Below are positions 21,083 to 31,593 of a stretch of DNA of 64,000 nt, piece after piece. The notes beneath the pieces were generated by a model that had not been told where the DNA came from, made no database searches, and was given only the letters and a program-made list of their open reading frames with translations. The stretch spans positions 64,001-128,000 of the IMG/VR virus record IMGVR_UViG_3300031993_000010. One strand, 5' to 3'. A program made the translations under genes and the position numbers. The stretch comes from a virus (Duplodnaviria; Caudoviricetes). Positions within the stretch are counted from its first letter, which is position 1. Each line of letters starts with the position of its first letter.

Positions 21083-21123
21083 TTTTGTCTATTCGGAAAA
21101 AGTTCTTATCTTTGCAAACGTAA
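21083..21123 (+). promoter_or_regulatory. class A promoter
   Basis: TTTTG ... TATCTTTG CAAACGTAA. Confidence 0.65.
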
Positions 21124-21148
21124 CATATAAATATAGTTTCTAAACACT

Positions 21149-21352
21149 ATGGTTTACAAGCAGATTTGTCCAATTCACCATTTCAGGTACAGCGGAAGCA
21201 GGTGCCCCGTATGCGAAAGCGAACGCATCAAGAACATGGAACGCCGTCTCATGAAAAAGAAAGAAAACGAAAGTGAACCGACAGAAGAAACAGTGGACGA
21301 GGAACTTGATTGGTCTGCACTGTCGGACAAGTTTAACATAAAGACAAAATAG
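21149..21352 (+). CDS. small zinc-finger hypothetical protein
   Basis: CPIH...CPVC. Confidence 0.6.
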   Translation: MVYKQICPIHHFRYSGSRCPVCESERIKNMERRLMKKKENESEPTEETVDEELDWSALSDKFNIKTK

Positions 21353-21355
21353 GAT

Positions 21356-21712
21356 ATGAACAAGGAAACATTTGTAAAACTGATGAACGTGCTCGAGAAG
21401 CATTACAAGAAGGACACAGAACTTATCAACCTTCTCGAACGGGATATGAAGAAATGCGACAGGGGTGACGAACTGTTTCCCTTCAACGGTGAATTTCTCA
21501 GGAACGGAAAACTTTATGATGACCTCATCAAAACCATACAGGAAGCGGTTGGCGACACCTCTGAATGGATAACATATTACATATGGGAACTTGATTGGGG
21601 TGTCAAAAACAGGATGGACACGCCTGACAGATACTGTGTCACCGATAAGGACGGCAAGGATGTGCCCATTTCAACTCCCGAGGAACTGTATGACTGCATA
21701 AAGAATGTTTAA
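21356..21712 (+). CDS. hypothetical protein
   Basis: WITYYIWELDWG motif. Confidence 0.7.
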   Translation: MNKETFVKLMNVLEKHYKKDTELINLLERDMKKCDRGDELFPFNGEFLRNGKLYDDLIKTIQEAVGDTSEWITYYIWELDWGVKNRMDTPDRYCVTDKDGKDVPISTPEELYDCIKNV

Positions 21713-21731
21713 TGTAAAACAAAGAAAGAAT

Positions 21732-22001
21732 ATGAAAAAACTTCACATTTTCTTGATTTTAATTTGCATAGCTTTGGTAATAACAATGGTGGTGACATGT
21801 ATAATAAGCATCAACAAACAAGCAAAATCCCAAGATAACCAATCGGCAGACCATATCCAAAGCATGATATTGGTTGAAACGTTCAACAATGGATATACCA
21901 AGATATACGAGGAACCCGTCACGGGCACAAGGTACTTGGTGAACTATCACGGCGGTATCTGCCCCATATACAACCCCGATGGTACAATACATAAATTCTA
22001 A
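21732..22001 (+). CDS. membrane-anchored hypothetical protein
   Basis: N-terminal TM; TGTRYL..GGICPIYNPDG. Confidence 0.65.
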   Translation: MKKLHIFLILICIALVITMVVTCIISINKQAKSQDNQSADHIQSMILVETFNNGYTKIYEEPVTGTRYLVNYHGGICPIYNPDGTIHKF

Positions 22002-22006
22002 ACGAT

Positions 22007-22258
22007 ATGTTGATACAGTTAGAGGATGACGAGTCTTATTATTTCAACCCGAAGTATGTGTCTGACATGTATTCATATACACATAAAGACAATAACCGTG
22101 GCACAACATTTTTCCGAATCGAGTTGAGAACGGCACAAGACAGGAGTTATACCTTCTCTTGGACGAATAAAAAGGAAAGAGATGCGGAATATGCCAAAAT
22201 GGTAAGGGCTGTCGAGGAATACAACACTGAAAACAAAGAAAACAACGATTGTGATTAA
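22007..22258 (+). CDS. hypothetical protein
   Basis: ORF in operon. Confidence 0.6.
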   Translation: MLIQLEDDESYYFNPKYVSDMYSYTHKDNNRGTTFFRIELRTAQDRSYTFSWTNKKERDAEYAKMVRAVEEYNTENKENNDCD

Positions 22259-22270
22259 ATTAAATAGAAT

Positions 22271-22342
22271 ATGAAAAAATACACATTTGAAGATATAGAG
22301 AAAGAAGGATTGGTACTGTATCGATTCTATCGTGAGTTATAA
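22271..22342 (+). pseudogene. orphaned 5' end of the nucleotidyltransferase gene
   Basis: MKKYTFEDIEKEGLVLYRFYREL* aligns to MKKYGFKEIEDLGLLLYRYVRGS at 23803. Confidence 0.75.
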
Positions 22343-22418
22343 AAGGGGTATTAAATTTTATGGAATTTGAAGTTGCATATATTTATATTAATAATAAGGG
22401 ATAAAAATAATATAATAT

Positions 22419-23822
22419 ATGCTAAAAAGAAAAAAAGGTTATTGGACAATAGAACGTGCAATTGAAGAATCTAAGAAGTATCAGCATCGTTCAGATTTTA
22501 AAAAGGGTTCTAATCGAGCATATGAAGTTTTGAAAAAAAATGGGTTGCTGGATAAATTCTGTTCGCACATGTCCAAAAAAGATGTCATAAAAAAATGGAA
22601 TAAAGAAGCGTGTATCGAAGCCGCCAAACAATGTAAGACCAAAAGTGAATTTAGTAAGCGTTTTAATGGTGCTTATGTAATATCCAAACGAAAGGGGTGG
22701 TTTGATGAGTTGGTACAATATTTTACACCTGTCGGTTCCAGATACAAAAGATGTATTTATGCTTGTGAGTTTCCAGATAAACATGCTTATATCGGTTTAA
22801 CTTATGACATAAATAAAAGAATAAAACAGCATTTCAAGAATAAGGATAGCGCGATATATCAGTATATACAAACGACCAAATTAACCCCAATATTCAAGCA
22901 AATAACTGAATATATTGATTATGGCGATGCTGCTATAAGAGAGGGTGAGATTTTGGATGAATATAAGAATAATGGATGGGTAATGTTAAATAGATGCCCA
23001 ACAGGTGGGCTTGGCTCAACAGATGAAGAAATAATAAGAAAGTGGACAAGAGAAAGGTGTATTGAAACGGCGAAACAATGCAGTTCTTATACCGAATTTA
23101 ATGAAAAGTATGCCGGTGCTGTGAATTATATGGTGCGTCATAACCTTTTAGATGAAATTAAAGAAATACTTCCACCGTGTCGTGCTACACGTCACAAATG
23201 GACAGAAGAAACTGCGTTAGATGAATGTAGGAAATATGAAACGTTGGCTGAATTTCAGAATCAATCTCCGGGCGCTTATGTTTTTTTATTAAAACACGGA
23301 CTTCATGAAAAAATGCGTGAAGGGAAAAAAATTTTACAAAGAGATAAATGGACATTTGAAGAAGCGAGAGTGGAAGCGTTAAAATATAAAACAAAAAAGG
23401 AATTTAAAGAACATGCAAGTGGATGTTATCAGGTTTCGGATAGACACGGGTGGTTAAAGGAAATCACCAAACATATGGAACCATCGGTTAAACCTAAATA
23501 CACAGAAGAAATTGTTATAAATACATTACATAAGTTTTCAAGAATGGGGGAGTTAAAAAATAATAAAGACCCTTTAGTAAGAGGAGTGTATTGGTGGTTA
23601 AAAACAAAAAGAAAATTAATTGAATACAAAAAATATTTACATGGAGACCCATTACTTTCTAAAAGGGTTTCGTGGACAAATGAACTCATTCTAGATGATG
23701 TTAAAAAACACAAAACATACACTGATTATTATTATAATGGGCGAAGTTATCAGTATTCAAAATCACATGGATTAATAGAATTAATTAAAAAATACTATAA
23801 AGATGAAGAAGTATGGTTTTAA
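22419..23822 (+). CDS. GIY-YIG homing endonuclease with repeated helical domains
   Basis: CIYACEF...AYIGLT..R; repeated KWT.E....EA.KY...EF units; AT-rich relative to flanks. Confidence 0.75.
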   Translation: MLKRKKGYWTIERAIEESKKYQHRSDFKKGSNRAYEVLKKNGLLDKFCSHMSKKDVIKKWNKEACIEAAKQCKTKSEFSKRFNGAYVISKRKGWFDELVQYFTPVGSRYKRCIYACEFPDKHAYIGLTYDINKRIKQHFKNKDSAIYQYIQTTKLTPIFKQITEYIDYGDAAIREGEILDEYKNNGWVMLNRCPTGGLGSTDEEIIRKWTRERCIETAKQCSSYTEFNEKYAGAVNYMVRHNLLDEIKEILPPCRATRHKWTEETALDECRKYETLAEFQNQSPGAYVFLLKHGLHEKMREGKKILQRDKWTFEEARVEALKYKTKKEFKEHASGCYQVSDRHGWLKEITKHMEPSVKPKYTEEIVINTLHKFSRMGELKNNKDPLVRGVYWWLKTKRKLIEYKKYLHGDPLLSKRVSWTNELILDDVKKHKTYTDYYYNGRSYQYSKSHGLIELIKKYYKDEEVWF

Positions 23823-25047
23823 AGAAATTGAAGATTTAGGTTTATTGTTATATCGATATGTACGTGGGTCACATGCATACGGAACACAGTTACCTGGTGG
23901 TGTATCAGATATTGATGAGGGAGGTGTCTTTTTGGAACCCGCCAACCAAGTCATAGGTCTCGGTCTTGACTTTCAAGACCAAATACAGGATGAGAAACAT
24001 GACAAGGTGTGGTACTCCCTGAAGAAATACCTCAACCTGCTTTGTACATCCAACCCGAACATGTTGGAGAGTCTTTTTGTGGATGACGAGTTCGTAATAT
24101 ATGAACATCCAATCATAACCGAAATAAAGAAACATCGGCAGGAGTTTGTGACGAAGGAGTGCTTCAATGCTTTTATAGGTTATTCAATAACGCAGATACA
24201 ACGGGCACGTGGTCTCAACAAGAAAATTGTCAATCCGATAGAGAAACGGCTTTGGCCGCTTGACTTCTGTTTCGTTCCGTATAAGCAGGGCAGTTCCAAC
24301 ATAAGGGAATGGCTGAAGCACCGTGGGTTGGAACAGAAGTACTGTGGTCTTGTGTCTATCAACAACATGCCTGGGTGTTACGGTATCTATTACGATTGGG
24401 GTGCACATAACAGTGAAAAATACAAGGATTACAGTGAGTTTGAAACTGATGAGGTGTACTATCGTTTCGTTGAGTCAACCTTCGACGACCCGTATATCGG
24501 TGACATCGAGACGTTCATGATGAGTTGGTGGTTTGAGAAAAACCAAAAACCGATAGGGTATAGAGGTATTGTGCGTGAGGATGGTAACAGTGACGATGTA
24601 AGGTGCAGTTCGGTGGAAAGGGACATTAGTCCGATAGTGACAATGTGTTATAACCAAAACGGATTCGAGTCACACTGCAGAAAGTGGAAAGAATATCAGG
24701 ATTGGGTGAAGAAACGCAACCCTGTGCGTTATGAGAGCAACCTTGGTCACAATTACGACAGCAAAAACGTCATGCATTGTTTCCGCCTCATGAACATGGG
24801 ATTGGAAATCGCCAAGACGGGAGAGGTGCATGTCAACCGCAAGGGAATTGACGCAGATTTTCTGCTTGACGTGCGGAACCACAAGTTCGAGTACGACTAC
24901 CTCATAGACCTGCTTGAGGGTCGCAAGGCGGAACTTGACGAGGCAATAGCCAATTCGACATTGCCCGATACAATATCCCGTGAGTTTGTAAACGACTTGC
25001 TTGTGGATATCAGGCGAAAGACACTCTCGGATGCATTGTTGAAATAG
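23803..25047 (+). CDS. nucleotidyltransferase (Pol-beta superfamily, RlaP/YcgL-like)
   Basis: RGSHAYG...SDID, NPNMLESLF, YDSKNVMHCFRL. Confidence 0.85.
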   Translation: MKKYGFKEIEDLGLLLYRYVRGSHAYGTQLPGGVSDIDEGGVFLEPANQVIGLGLDFQDQIQDEKHDKVWYSLKKYLNLLCTSNPNMLESLFVDDEFVIYEHPIITEIKKHRQEFVTKECFNAFIGYSITQIQRARGLNKKIVNPIEKRLWPLDFCFVPYKQGSSNIREWLKHRGLEQKYCGLVSINNMPGCYGIYYDWGAHNSEKYKDYSEFETDEVYYRFVESTFDDPYIGDIETFMMSWWFEKNQKPIGYRGIVREDGNSDDVRCSSVERDISPIVTMCYNQNGFESHCRKWKEYQDWVKKRNPVRYESNLGHNYDSKNVMHCFRLMNMGLEIAKTGEVHVNRKGIDADFLLDVRNHKFEYDYLIDLLEGRKAELDEAIANSTLPDTISREFVNDLLVDIRRKTLSDALLK

Positions 25048-25056
25048 TAACTTGGG

Positions 25057-25086
25057 AAAACGCAGCCGACAAAGGTTGCGTTTTTC
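25057..25086 (+). terminator. terminator
   Basis: AAAACGCAGCC...GGTTGCGTTTTT. Confidence 0.65.
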
Positions 25087-25138
25087 ATTTTATATGATAT
25101 TTATTAATATAATAAGAAAAAAAATATTGGAATATCAT

Positions 25139-25906
25139 ATGAAACGTACAGTCAGATTGACAGAATCCGAATTGAAACAATTGGTCAAGGAAAGCGTTAT
25201 TACAATCCTTAACGAAAATGTTGATGAATTTTCCTTTGGCGGTGTTATGAACAAGGCGAAAAAGGGATTTAAGAACACATTTGGTCAGAAAGACACCATC
25301 CGTGGCATAAACGACCTGAAAAGTGGTGTCAGCAAATACCTTGAAGGCACCAACTACAGAATAGGTACAAACCAAAAATATCCGTATTCTGTGTTCATTA
25401 TCGATGCCGAGGCTCAGAAGACAGTTGGTAAGATAACCTATTCGTTCAACGACGACCTTTTCACATATAACATGCCTGGGCATAACGGTGAGGTGAATTC
25501 ATCCAACACAATAGAAGATGCTGTCAACAACATATTGAGCAACGCAAAACGTTTGGTGAATGAGAAGACGTACAAAGGTGATAGAAAACGTGGTAACCCC
25601 AACTATTCCGATGATGCGATGGACAAATTCGAAAGAAAAGCCAAGAAAGGTATGCCGCAAAAGAAAGTTCAGAAGCGTGTGAATCCGTATGACTACATGG
25701 ATGAATCCCTCAATGTAAACGAAAAAACAAACAAGGGTAGCAGAAACGGTGAGAATGCAAACTACTCTGACAATGGTGACAGAAAGAGGAAACAGCCTTA
25801 TAAGAAAATGCCGAAACATGTAAGCCCATATGATTTCGAAGACAATGAGGTTTTGCGCAGTCAGGTGAGGGAGTGTATCAAAAGCATGCTGACCGACAGA
25901 AAATAA
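25139..25906 (+). CDS. hypothetical protein, putative late/virion-internal
   Basis: MKRTVRLTESELKQLVKESVITILNE; internal VNEKT...NYSD...PYD duplication. Confidence 0.7.
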   Translation: MKRTVRLTESELKQLVKESVITILNENVDEFSFGGVMNKAKKGFKNTFGQKDTIRGINDLKSGVSKYLEGTNYRIGTNQKYPYSVFIIDAEAQKTVGKITYSFNDDLFTYNMPGHNGEVNSSNTIEDAVNNILSNAKRLVNEKTYKGDRKRGNPNYSDDAMDKFERKAKKGMPQKKVQKRVNPYDYMDESLNVNEKTNKGSRNGENANYSDNGDRKRKQPYKKMPKHVSPYDFEDNEVLRSQVRECIKSMLTDRK

Positions 25907-25930
25907 TTGAATTGTATATTAACGTTTTTT

Positions 25931-25984
25931 AAGAAAAAACCTCATTGTTATGTGAGGTTTTTTTGTTATCTTTGCAAACGTAAA
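25931..25984 (+). promoter_or_regulatory. hairpin fused to class A promoter
   Basis: AAAAAACCTCA..TGAGGTTTTTT then TATCTTTGCAAACGTAA; near-copy at 60102. Confidence 0.65.
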
Positions 25985-26004
25985 ACAAAAACATTTAACG
26001 GACA

Positions 26005-26538
26005 ATGGTAGTTATACACATAGATGCAGCATATGACACAAAGGTACTGTCGAAGGTTTACGACGGGGTGGACTGCACACTGTTCTATAACCCGTCGGAC
26101 AATGACGTTGATACAATAATCGACGCAATTGAAACCGACGACGGTCCTGTGGTACTGATGGGGCACGGTTCCCCGTTGGGGCTTCTCAACTCCACAATGT
26201 CCGATTACCTGATTGATTTCAGGTGGGGCAATATACTGATGAAAAAGGTGGTGATTGGGATATGGTGCTATGCCGCCGAGTTTGCCGACACCTATTGTCT
26301 GCACGGATTCTTTACCTCAATGTTCGTCTCAAACCTCAACGAGGCAGTAGACCACGGGGTCGGGAACACCACAGATGAGACAATACAGTCCGAAATGGAT
26401 TGGTTCTGCACAGAGGTGAATTCGTACATCAAGAACGAGGTTCCGTTGTCACAGTGGGTTGACAGGCTTCAGTCATCTTGCCACAAGGAACATGATTTTG
26501 TGAAATATAACTATGAGGCACTTTCTTATTTTGAATAA
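26005..26538 (+). CDS. hypothetical protein
   Basis: MGHGSPLGL...GIWCYA. Confidence 0.7.
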   Translation: MVVIHIDAAYDTKVLSKVYDGVDCTLFYNPSDNDVDTIIDAIETDDGPVVLMGHGSPLGLLNSTMSDYLIDFRWGNILMKKVVIGIWCYAAEFADTYCLHGFFTSMFVSNLNEAVDHGVGNTTDETIQSEMDWFCTEVNSYIKNEVPLSQWVDRLQSSCHKEHDFVKYNYEALSYFE

Positions 26539-26550
26539 AACAACAACAGC

Positions 26551-27975
26551 ATGACAATAACAGAATATAAGGAAATAATAACATATCTAAAAGGTTGCAT
26601 ACAGGGTAGCGACTTTGAAAACCACACGTTTGTTGTGGGAGGTGCGGTACGTGATTTTTTAATGTACAACCCTATCAAGGATATTGACCTTGTGATTGAC
26701 ATTCCTGACGGAGGTTTGAAGTTCGCCGAATGGATGAAGGAACAGGGATATACGGTCGGAAGTGTGGTTACATACCCGACATACGGCACGGCAATGTTCA
26801 AACTTGCTGCATACCCCGACATTGAATTGGAATGTGTGCAGACGAGGGGAGAACAGTACCACGACAAGAACAGCAGAAACCCTGAAACCTGTTTCGCAAC
26901 CATCAAGGAAGATGCTTTCAGGAGAGACTTGACAATCAATGCAGTGTACCACAATGTAAGCACAGGTGAAATTCTTGACATCACAGGCAAAAGCCTTGAC
27001 GACATCAAGAATCACGTGATACGGTGCGCAAACGACAACCCAGACGTGGTGTTTATGGACGACCCTTTGAGAAATATGAGGGTGTGCAGGTTTTCAGCCC
27101 GTTATGGTTGGAAGATAGAGAAAGAGACGTACATGTCCATGATACGTAATGTTGCCCGTCTCGAGATAATCACCAAGGAACGCATACAAGACGAACTGAT
27201 GAAAATACTCACCTGTAAGAATCCTGTGATGGGACTTGAGGAATTGGAGGATATGGGTGCGTTGGAGTATGTGATTCCAGAACTTGAGGAAACGGTTGGA
27301 ATGGAACAGAACAAATACCATTTTGGCGATGTGTGGGAACACACTCTCAGGGTTGTGGAGAACGCAAGCAAGATGGCGGTTGAGAACGATTATGACAAAC
27401 AAGTGCTGATGATGGCAGCGTTACTGCATGACATTGGAAAGATAAAGACCCGTTCCGAGAAAGACGGAAAAGTACATTTCCTGTTCCACGAAGTCGAGGG
27501 GGCGAAACTTGCCGAGGGGATAATGAGAAGGCTGAAATTCAGCAACGATTTCATTTCCAAGGTTTCATTCCTTGTAAGGGAACACATGAGATTCAAAAGT
27601 TTTGGTGATGAAGTACCGTCTGACAAGGCATTGAGGAAATTCCAGTATCTCTGCAAGGACAAGGAACTTTTCAAACTCTGTGTCTATCTGATACATGCCG
27701 ACAATACAGCACATGCCGAGGAATACTGTCTACCAAACCAATGCAGGAAAATACTCGAGCGTTCGGAGGAACTTGAGAAATACGGTGAATCCATGTTCGG
27801 GTACAAACTACCTATAAACGGATTTGACATCATGAAAATCAGGGGAATAGACAGTGGACCTGATATAAAGAAGTGTCAGGATTATCTGATAAAGTTGGCA
27901 TACAACGGAGTCGGCAAACTTGACAAGACAAGGTGCATACAGATGGTAAAAAGTTTCAACCCGCAAAAAAGTTAG
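26551..27975 (+). CDS. cca: CCA tRNA nucleotidyltransferase with HD domain
   Basis: VGGAVRD, DIDL, RRDLTINA, DDPLR, ERI..EL; HT...LLHDIGK. Confidence 0.9.
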   Translation: MTITEYKEIITYLKGCIQGSDFENHTFVVGGAVRDFLMYNPIKDIDLVIDIPDGGLKFAEWMKEQGYTVGSVVTYPTYGTAMFKLAAYPDIELECVQTRGEQYHDKNSRNPETCFATIKEDAFRRDLTINAVYHNVSTGEILDITGKSLDDIKNHVIRCANDNPDVVFMDDPLRNMRVCRFSARYGWKIEKETYMSMIRNVARLEIITKERIQDELMKILTCKNPVMGLEELEDMGALEYVIPELEETVGMEQNKYHFGDVWEHTLRVVENASKMAVENDYDKQVLMMAALLHDIGKIKTRSEKDGKVHFLFHEVEGAKLAEGIMRRLKFSNDFISKVSFLVREHMRFKSFGDEVPSDKALRKFQYLCKDKELFKLCVYLIHADNTAHAEEYCLPNQCRKILERSEELEKYGESMFGYKLPINGFDIMKIRGIDSGPDIKKCQDYLIKLAYNGVGKLDKTRCIQMVKSFNPQKS

Positions 27976-28042
27976 ACCTTTTGCGGGTTTTTTTGTTATA
28001 AAATAGTATATTTGTCTGTGAACATTAAAATGCAAGACGAAT

Positions 28043-28477
28043 ATGCTGAAAGAACAAATTGACAAACTCATTGCAAATGCAATGATTGCTAAAGATGAAA
28101 AGCGTCTTGGCGTACTGCGTATGACCAAGAGTGCAATGTTGGTACTTGAGAAGTCGGGCGCCGAGTACAACGAGGCTTCGGAGTTGAAAATTCTTTTGAA
28201 GATGAAGGCTGCCATGGAGGATTCCATAACACAGTTCACCGCATGCGGAAGAACCGACCTTGCCGACAACGAGAAGGCGGATTTGGATATTCTCAACGAG
28301 TTTCTTCCAAAAGAAGCGTCGGAAGACGACATAAAGGCCTATACCAACGAGGTGATAGACGGATTGGGACATGATGTTTCCATGAGGGACATGAAAACAT
28401 TGCTCTCGGCGGTGCAGGCTAAATATCCCACAGCCAACGGAAATATTGTTTCCGAGGTGGTTAAAAGCAGAATGTAA
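28043..28477 (+). CDS. GatB/YqeY domain protein
   Basis: AM.AKD..RL.VLR; DSITQF...GRTDLA.NE; FLP. Confidence 0.85.
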   Translation: MLKEQIDKLIANAMIAKDEKRLGVLRMTKSAMLVLEKSGAEYNEASELKILLKMKAAMEDSITQFTACGRTDLADNEKADLDILNEFLPKEASEDDIKAYTNEVIDGLGHDVSMRDMKTLLSAVQAKYPTANGNIVSEVVKSRM

Positions 28478-28506
28478 TAAAATAATAAAACAAACAAATA
28501 AAAATT

Positions 28507-28722
28507 ATGAAATATCCTTATTTAGGCTACAAATTGGATGAACAAGACAGAATGAACGTTGTCTTTTTCACAAGTGAGGATGAGGGCGTTGTTGTCCTCG
28601 ACCAAACCCATGAGGAAGGACAGACCTTCGGCACAAACAGTACGTTCAATGAAGACGATTACGATTTTCTCCCCGACAAAGACAGCAACGGTCAGGAAGT
28701 ATGCGTAAGACTTGCCAATTAA
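28507..28722 (+). CDS. hypothetical protein
   Basis: ORF in operon. Confidence 0.6.
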   Translation: MKYPYLGYKLDEQDRMNVVFFTSEDEGVVVLDQTHEEGQTFGTNSTFNEDDYDFLPDKDSNGQEVCVRLAN

Positions 28723-28745
28723 TAATCATTTAAAACCATTTAATT

Positions 28746-29066
28746 ATGACGTTAGACGAATTTAAAAGCATTATTGCAGAGAAACCTATGGTAGTGATGA
28801 AATGCTCTGCGGAATGGTGCCAACCTTGTAAGGTTCTTGAAAAGACACTGTTGGGTATTGAACCCGATTATCCATCAATTGAATTCATCCACTGTGACGT
28901 TGAGGAGTCAGACGAAATCGCCGCAGCATACCGCATCAGAAGCGTACCGACGATGTTCTATATCGTCAACGGTGAGATAGTCGACAAGACTGTCGGTTCT
29001 GTTTCCGAGACAACATTGAAAGAGAAACTTGACGCAATGTCCACCAAAACAGAAAACAATGGATAA
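28746..29066 (+). CDS. thioredoxin
   Basis: AEWCQPCK, IRSVPT. Confidence 0.9.
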   Translation: MTLDEFKSIIAEKPMVVMKCSAEWCQPCKVLEKTLLGIEPDYPSIEFIHCDVEESDEIAAAYRIRSVPTMFYIVNGEIVDKTVGSVSETTLKEKLDAMSTKTENNG

Positions 29067-29826
29067 GGAAGAACTGAACAACAGCACAATCATCCGCAAC
29101 GTTTCGGTTGACCAAAGCGAGATATTGCACAACATAATGGTTTTGTACAACGACAACAAACCATTTGACTGCGACATGACAGCAAGCACCCTTGCGTTCT
29201 ACAGGAAAACCAAGGGTGATGCCTATGAGATACCCACTCCCAAAACTCTGTTCGACGTATGCCCACAGGTTGAAGGCTGCCAAAAGATAGAACCGTATAA
29301 ACCTTTGCCTTTGGAGGACAACAGTGTCGGAAGCCTTGTCATTGACTTGCCGTTCATAATATCGAGTATGGAAGCACCTTCAAAGGACAAAGACGGGGCA
29401 AACATGATAATGAACAGGTTTGCTTCCTTCTATCCTGTGGATTTGCTGTATTACAACTACGCATATTGGATAAAGGAAGCCTACAGGGTGGTGAAACCCG
29501 ATGGCATAGTTGTGTTCAAGACGCAGAGTGTGATAAGTGGAGGCATTCGTATCAATACCGAGGCATACAGTTTCATGTGTGCAATGTACAATGGTTTCAC
29601 AATTGAAGACCAATTCACGCTTATTGCGAACAACAGAATCATTTCTCCGAGCAAGTACAAGAAACAGGTGCATGCAAGGAGTTACACAAGTCAGTTCTTC
29701 GTGTTCAAGAAAACCTTGAAGAAGAAGAGCAAGGATTTCAACTATTGGACAGCGATACCGCTGATATACGAAAATATGGACAAATTGTCCAATGACGTGT
29801 TAATAAAGGATTTAGCAAAAAAGTAA
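29059..29826 (+). CDS. putative methyltransferase
   Basis: IDLPF, EAYRVVKPDGIVVFK. Confidence 0.6.
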   Translation: MDKEELNNSTIIRNVSVDQSEILHNIMVLYNDNKPFDCDMTASTLAFYRKTKGDAYEIPTPKTLFDVCPQVEGCQKIEPYKPLPLEDNSVGSLVIDLPFIISSMEAPSKDKDGANMIMNRFASFYPVDLLYYNYAYWIKEAYRVVKPDGIVVFKTQSVISGGIRINTEAYSFMCAMYNGFTIEDQFTLIANNRIISPSKYKKQVHARSYTSQFFVFKKTLKKKSKDFNYWTAIPLIYENMDKLSNDVLIKDLAKK

Positions 29827-29827
29827 T

Positions 29828-30043
29828 ATGCAATACAGAAGATTTATATTAAAGAGAGACTATGAATGCGAGTTCGGCACATTGCCCGTCAACTCACAGA
29901 TTGACATCTACGGTGACAGAATAATGTTCAACGGCGGCATGATTGAACCGCAGTATTACAGTGTCCTTGAAAGCCTAATCAACACCCCCGAACTATTTGA
30001 CAAATACCTGAGGGAAGTTGTCATACCTGTAAACAAGATTTGA
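29828..30043 (+). CDS. hypothetical protein
   Basis: ORF in operon. Confidence 0.6.
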   Translation: MQYRRFILKRDYECEFGTLPVNSQIDIYGDRIMFNGGMIEPQYYSVLESLINTPELFDKYLREVVIPVNKI

Positions 30044-30044
30044 A

Positions 30045-30785
30045 ATGGATGAAATGGTTTTAACAAACTACTACAACAGGGAACCGATTTCTCACATTGT
30101 TGCAGGTCCACCTGTCCTTCGTTTCAGTATTGAGGAGATTCCATATATACTGTTTACAAGCGATATGCATCTGCAACACAATAATATCATATCCTTTACC
30201 CACCGTCCGTATACAACTGTCGAGGAAATGAACATTGACTTGGTGCGGAATTGGAACAAGGAAGTGGAAAGTGTTGGTAGGAATAAGGCTATTGTCATTC
30301 ATTGCGGAGACTTTATCTTTGGAACCAAACGTGCCTACAATTTCTATATCAACAGGCTTCTCGGTTCCAAGATATACATGGTTATCGGCAACCACGACAT
30401 CAAGAATGTTATAAATCAATACAAGTTCGAAATAGATGGCAATGAGCGCATCGTGTGGAACGGTGAATATCTTGTGGAAATTTTCGATGAGGACAAGAAG
30501 AAAGTGACCACCTTTACGGTCAGTCACCATCCATACATGTCTTTCAACGGGGCATTCAACTTGCATGGTCATCTCCATACACCTCCTGACTTACAATATT
30601 ATACGGGTAGTGATAAGGTTATTGGCGAAAAACTGCGTGAGATGGGTAACTACTATGACGTGGGTGTTGACGGAAACGGATACAAACCAGTCCGATTGTC
30701 GGACATATTGACAGGTAACACCATTTCACCCAAAATGAAATGCGTGGATTACGAATTTTGGCAGAATAAACTGATTAAAAAATAG
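30045..30785 (+). CDS. calcineurin-like metallophosphoesterase
   Basis: SDMH, GDF, GNHD, HGHLH, DVGVD. Confidence 0.88.
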   Translation: MDEMVLTNYYNREPISHIVAGPPVLRFSIEEIPYILFTSDMHLQHNNIISFTHRPYTTVEEMNIDLVRNWNKEVESVGRNKAIVIHCGDFIFGTKRAYNFYINRLLGSKIYMVIGNHDIKNVINQYKFEIDGNERIVWNGEYLVEIFDEDKKKVTTFTVSHHPYMSFNGAFNLHGHLHTPPDLQYYTGSDKVIGEKLREMGNYYDVGVDGNGYKPVRLSDILTGNTISPKMKCVDYEFWQNKLIKK

Positions 30786-30788
30786 ATT

Positions 30789-31529
30789 ATGACAGACAAA
30801 GAACTTTGGGAAAAAAGATGCATTCCCGCACTGAATGAAATGTATCTGATGTCAGATACGGTCTTTGGCAAGAGTGAATTTCCTTCGGACTTCGAATACA
30901 CGTTTGAAAACATAATGAAATACTCTCCAAAGATGGAAGACGGGCGGTGTGAGTTTCCGCTTTACGCATTCTTTTCAGACAAGGAGAAAAACGAGGAAAT
31001 AATGAAAAAGGCTACAGCACGTCTTCGGTCGTGGTATGTTTTCCCTTATCGGAGTGAGATTATATATGATGATGAACAGATTGCCGAGATGAAGGAAAAA
31101 ATAAAGAAACTGTCCGAAGATAAGGAGAAGAACAGTTTTGAAATTGCACTCCTTGAGGAGAAAATCATATACAATGACATCTACAAGGAACGCCATCAAC
31201 TGTGGCTTGAATACAAAGCCAAGTACGATGAAATCGAACAGTCATTTCAAAACAAGGAAATCGACAGGAAAGCCTACAACCAAAAGAAAAAGGATTTGTA
31301 CAAAGAATACAAATGCACCAAGCGTGGCGAGAGCGAAAGGGTAAGATGGACAGTGTTCAACTATGAACCCAACAACAATGAAGAAATCTTCAATTCACTG
31401 AAGAAAGCCTATAATGGTGAAGATTACGATTGGCATAACAAGGATTTCATCGACACGACGGTCAAATCCATCCGTGAATTTGTAAATAATGTAAAGACCA
31501 ATACAATTACAGTGACGAAATATGAGTAG
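30789..31529 (+). CDS. hypothetical protein
   Basis: 246 aa ORF. Confidence 0.7.
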   Translation: MTDKELWEKRCIPALNEMYLMSDTVFGKSEFPSDFEYTFENIMKYSPKMEDGRCEFPLYAFFSDKEKNEEIMKKATARLRSWYVFPYRSEIIYDDEQIAEMKEKIKKLSEDKEKNSFEIALLEEKIIYNDIYKERHQLWLEYKAKYDEIEQSFQNKEIDRKAYNQKKKDLYKEYKCTKRGESERVRWTVFNYEPNNNEEIFNSLKKAYNGEDYDWHNKDFIDTTVKSIREFVNNVKTNTITVTKYE

Positions 31530-31593
31530 GAAATTAATTAAAAATGCATCATAAAATGAAGAAATTTTAATTTTATGTGATATTTATTAATAT

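Noticed and set aside
22343-23802. Self-splicing intron hosting the GIY-YIG gene
   Set aside because: The flanks leave no room for a ribozyme core, and the downstream gene has its own complete N-terminus
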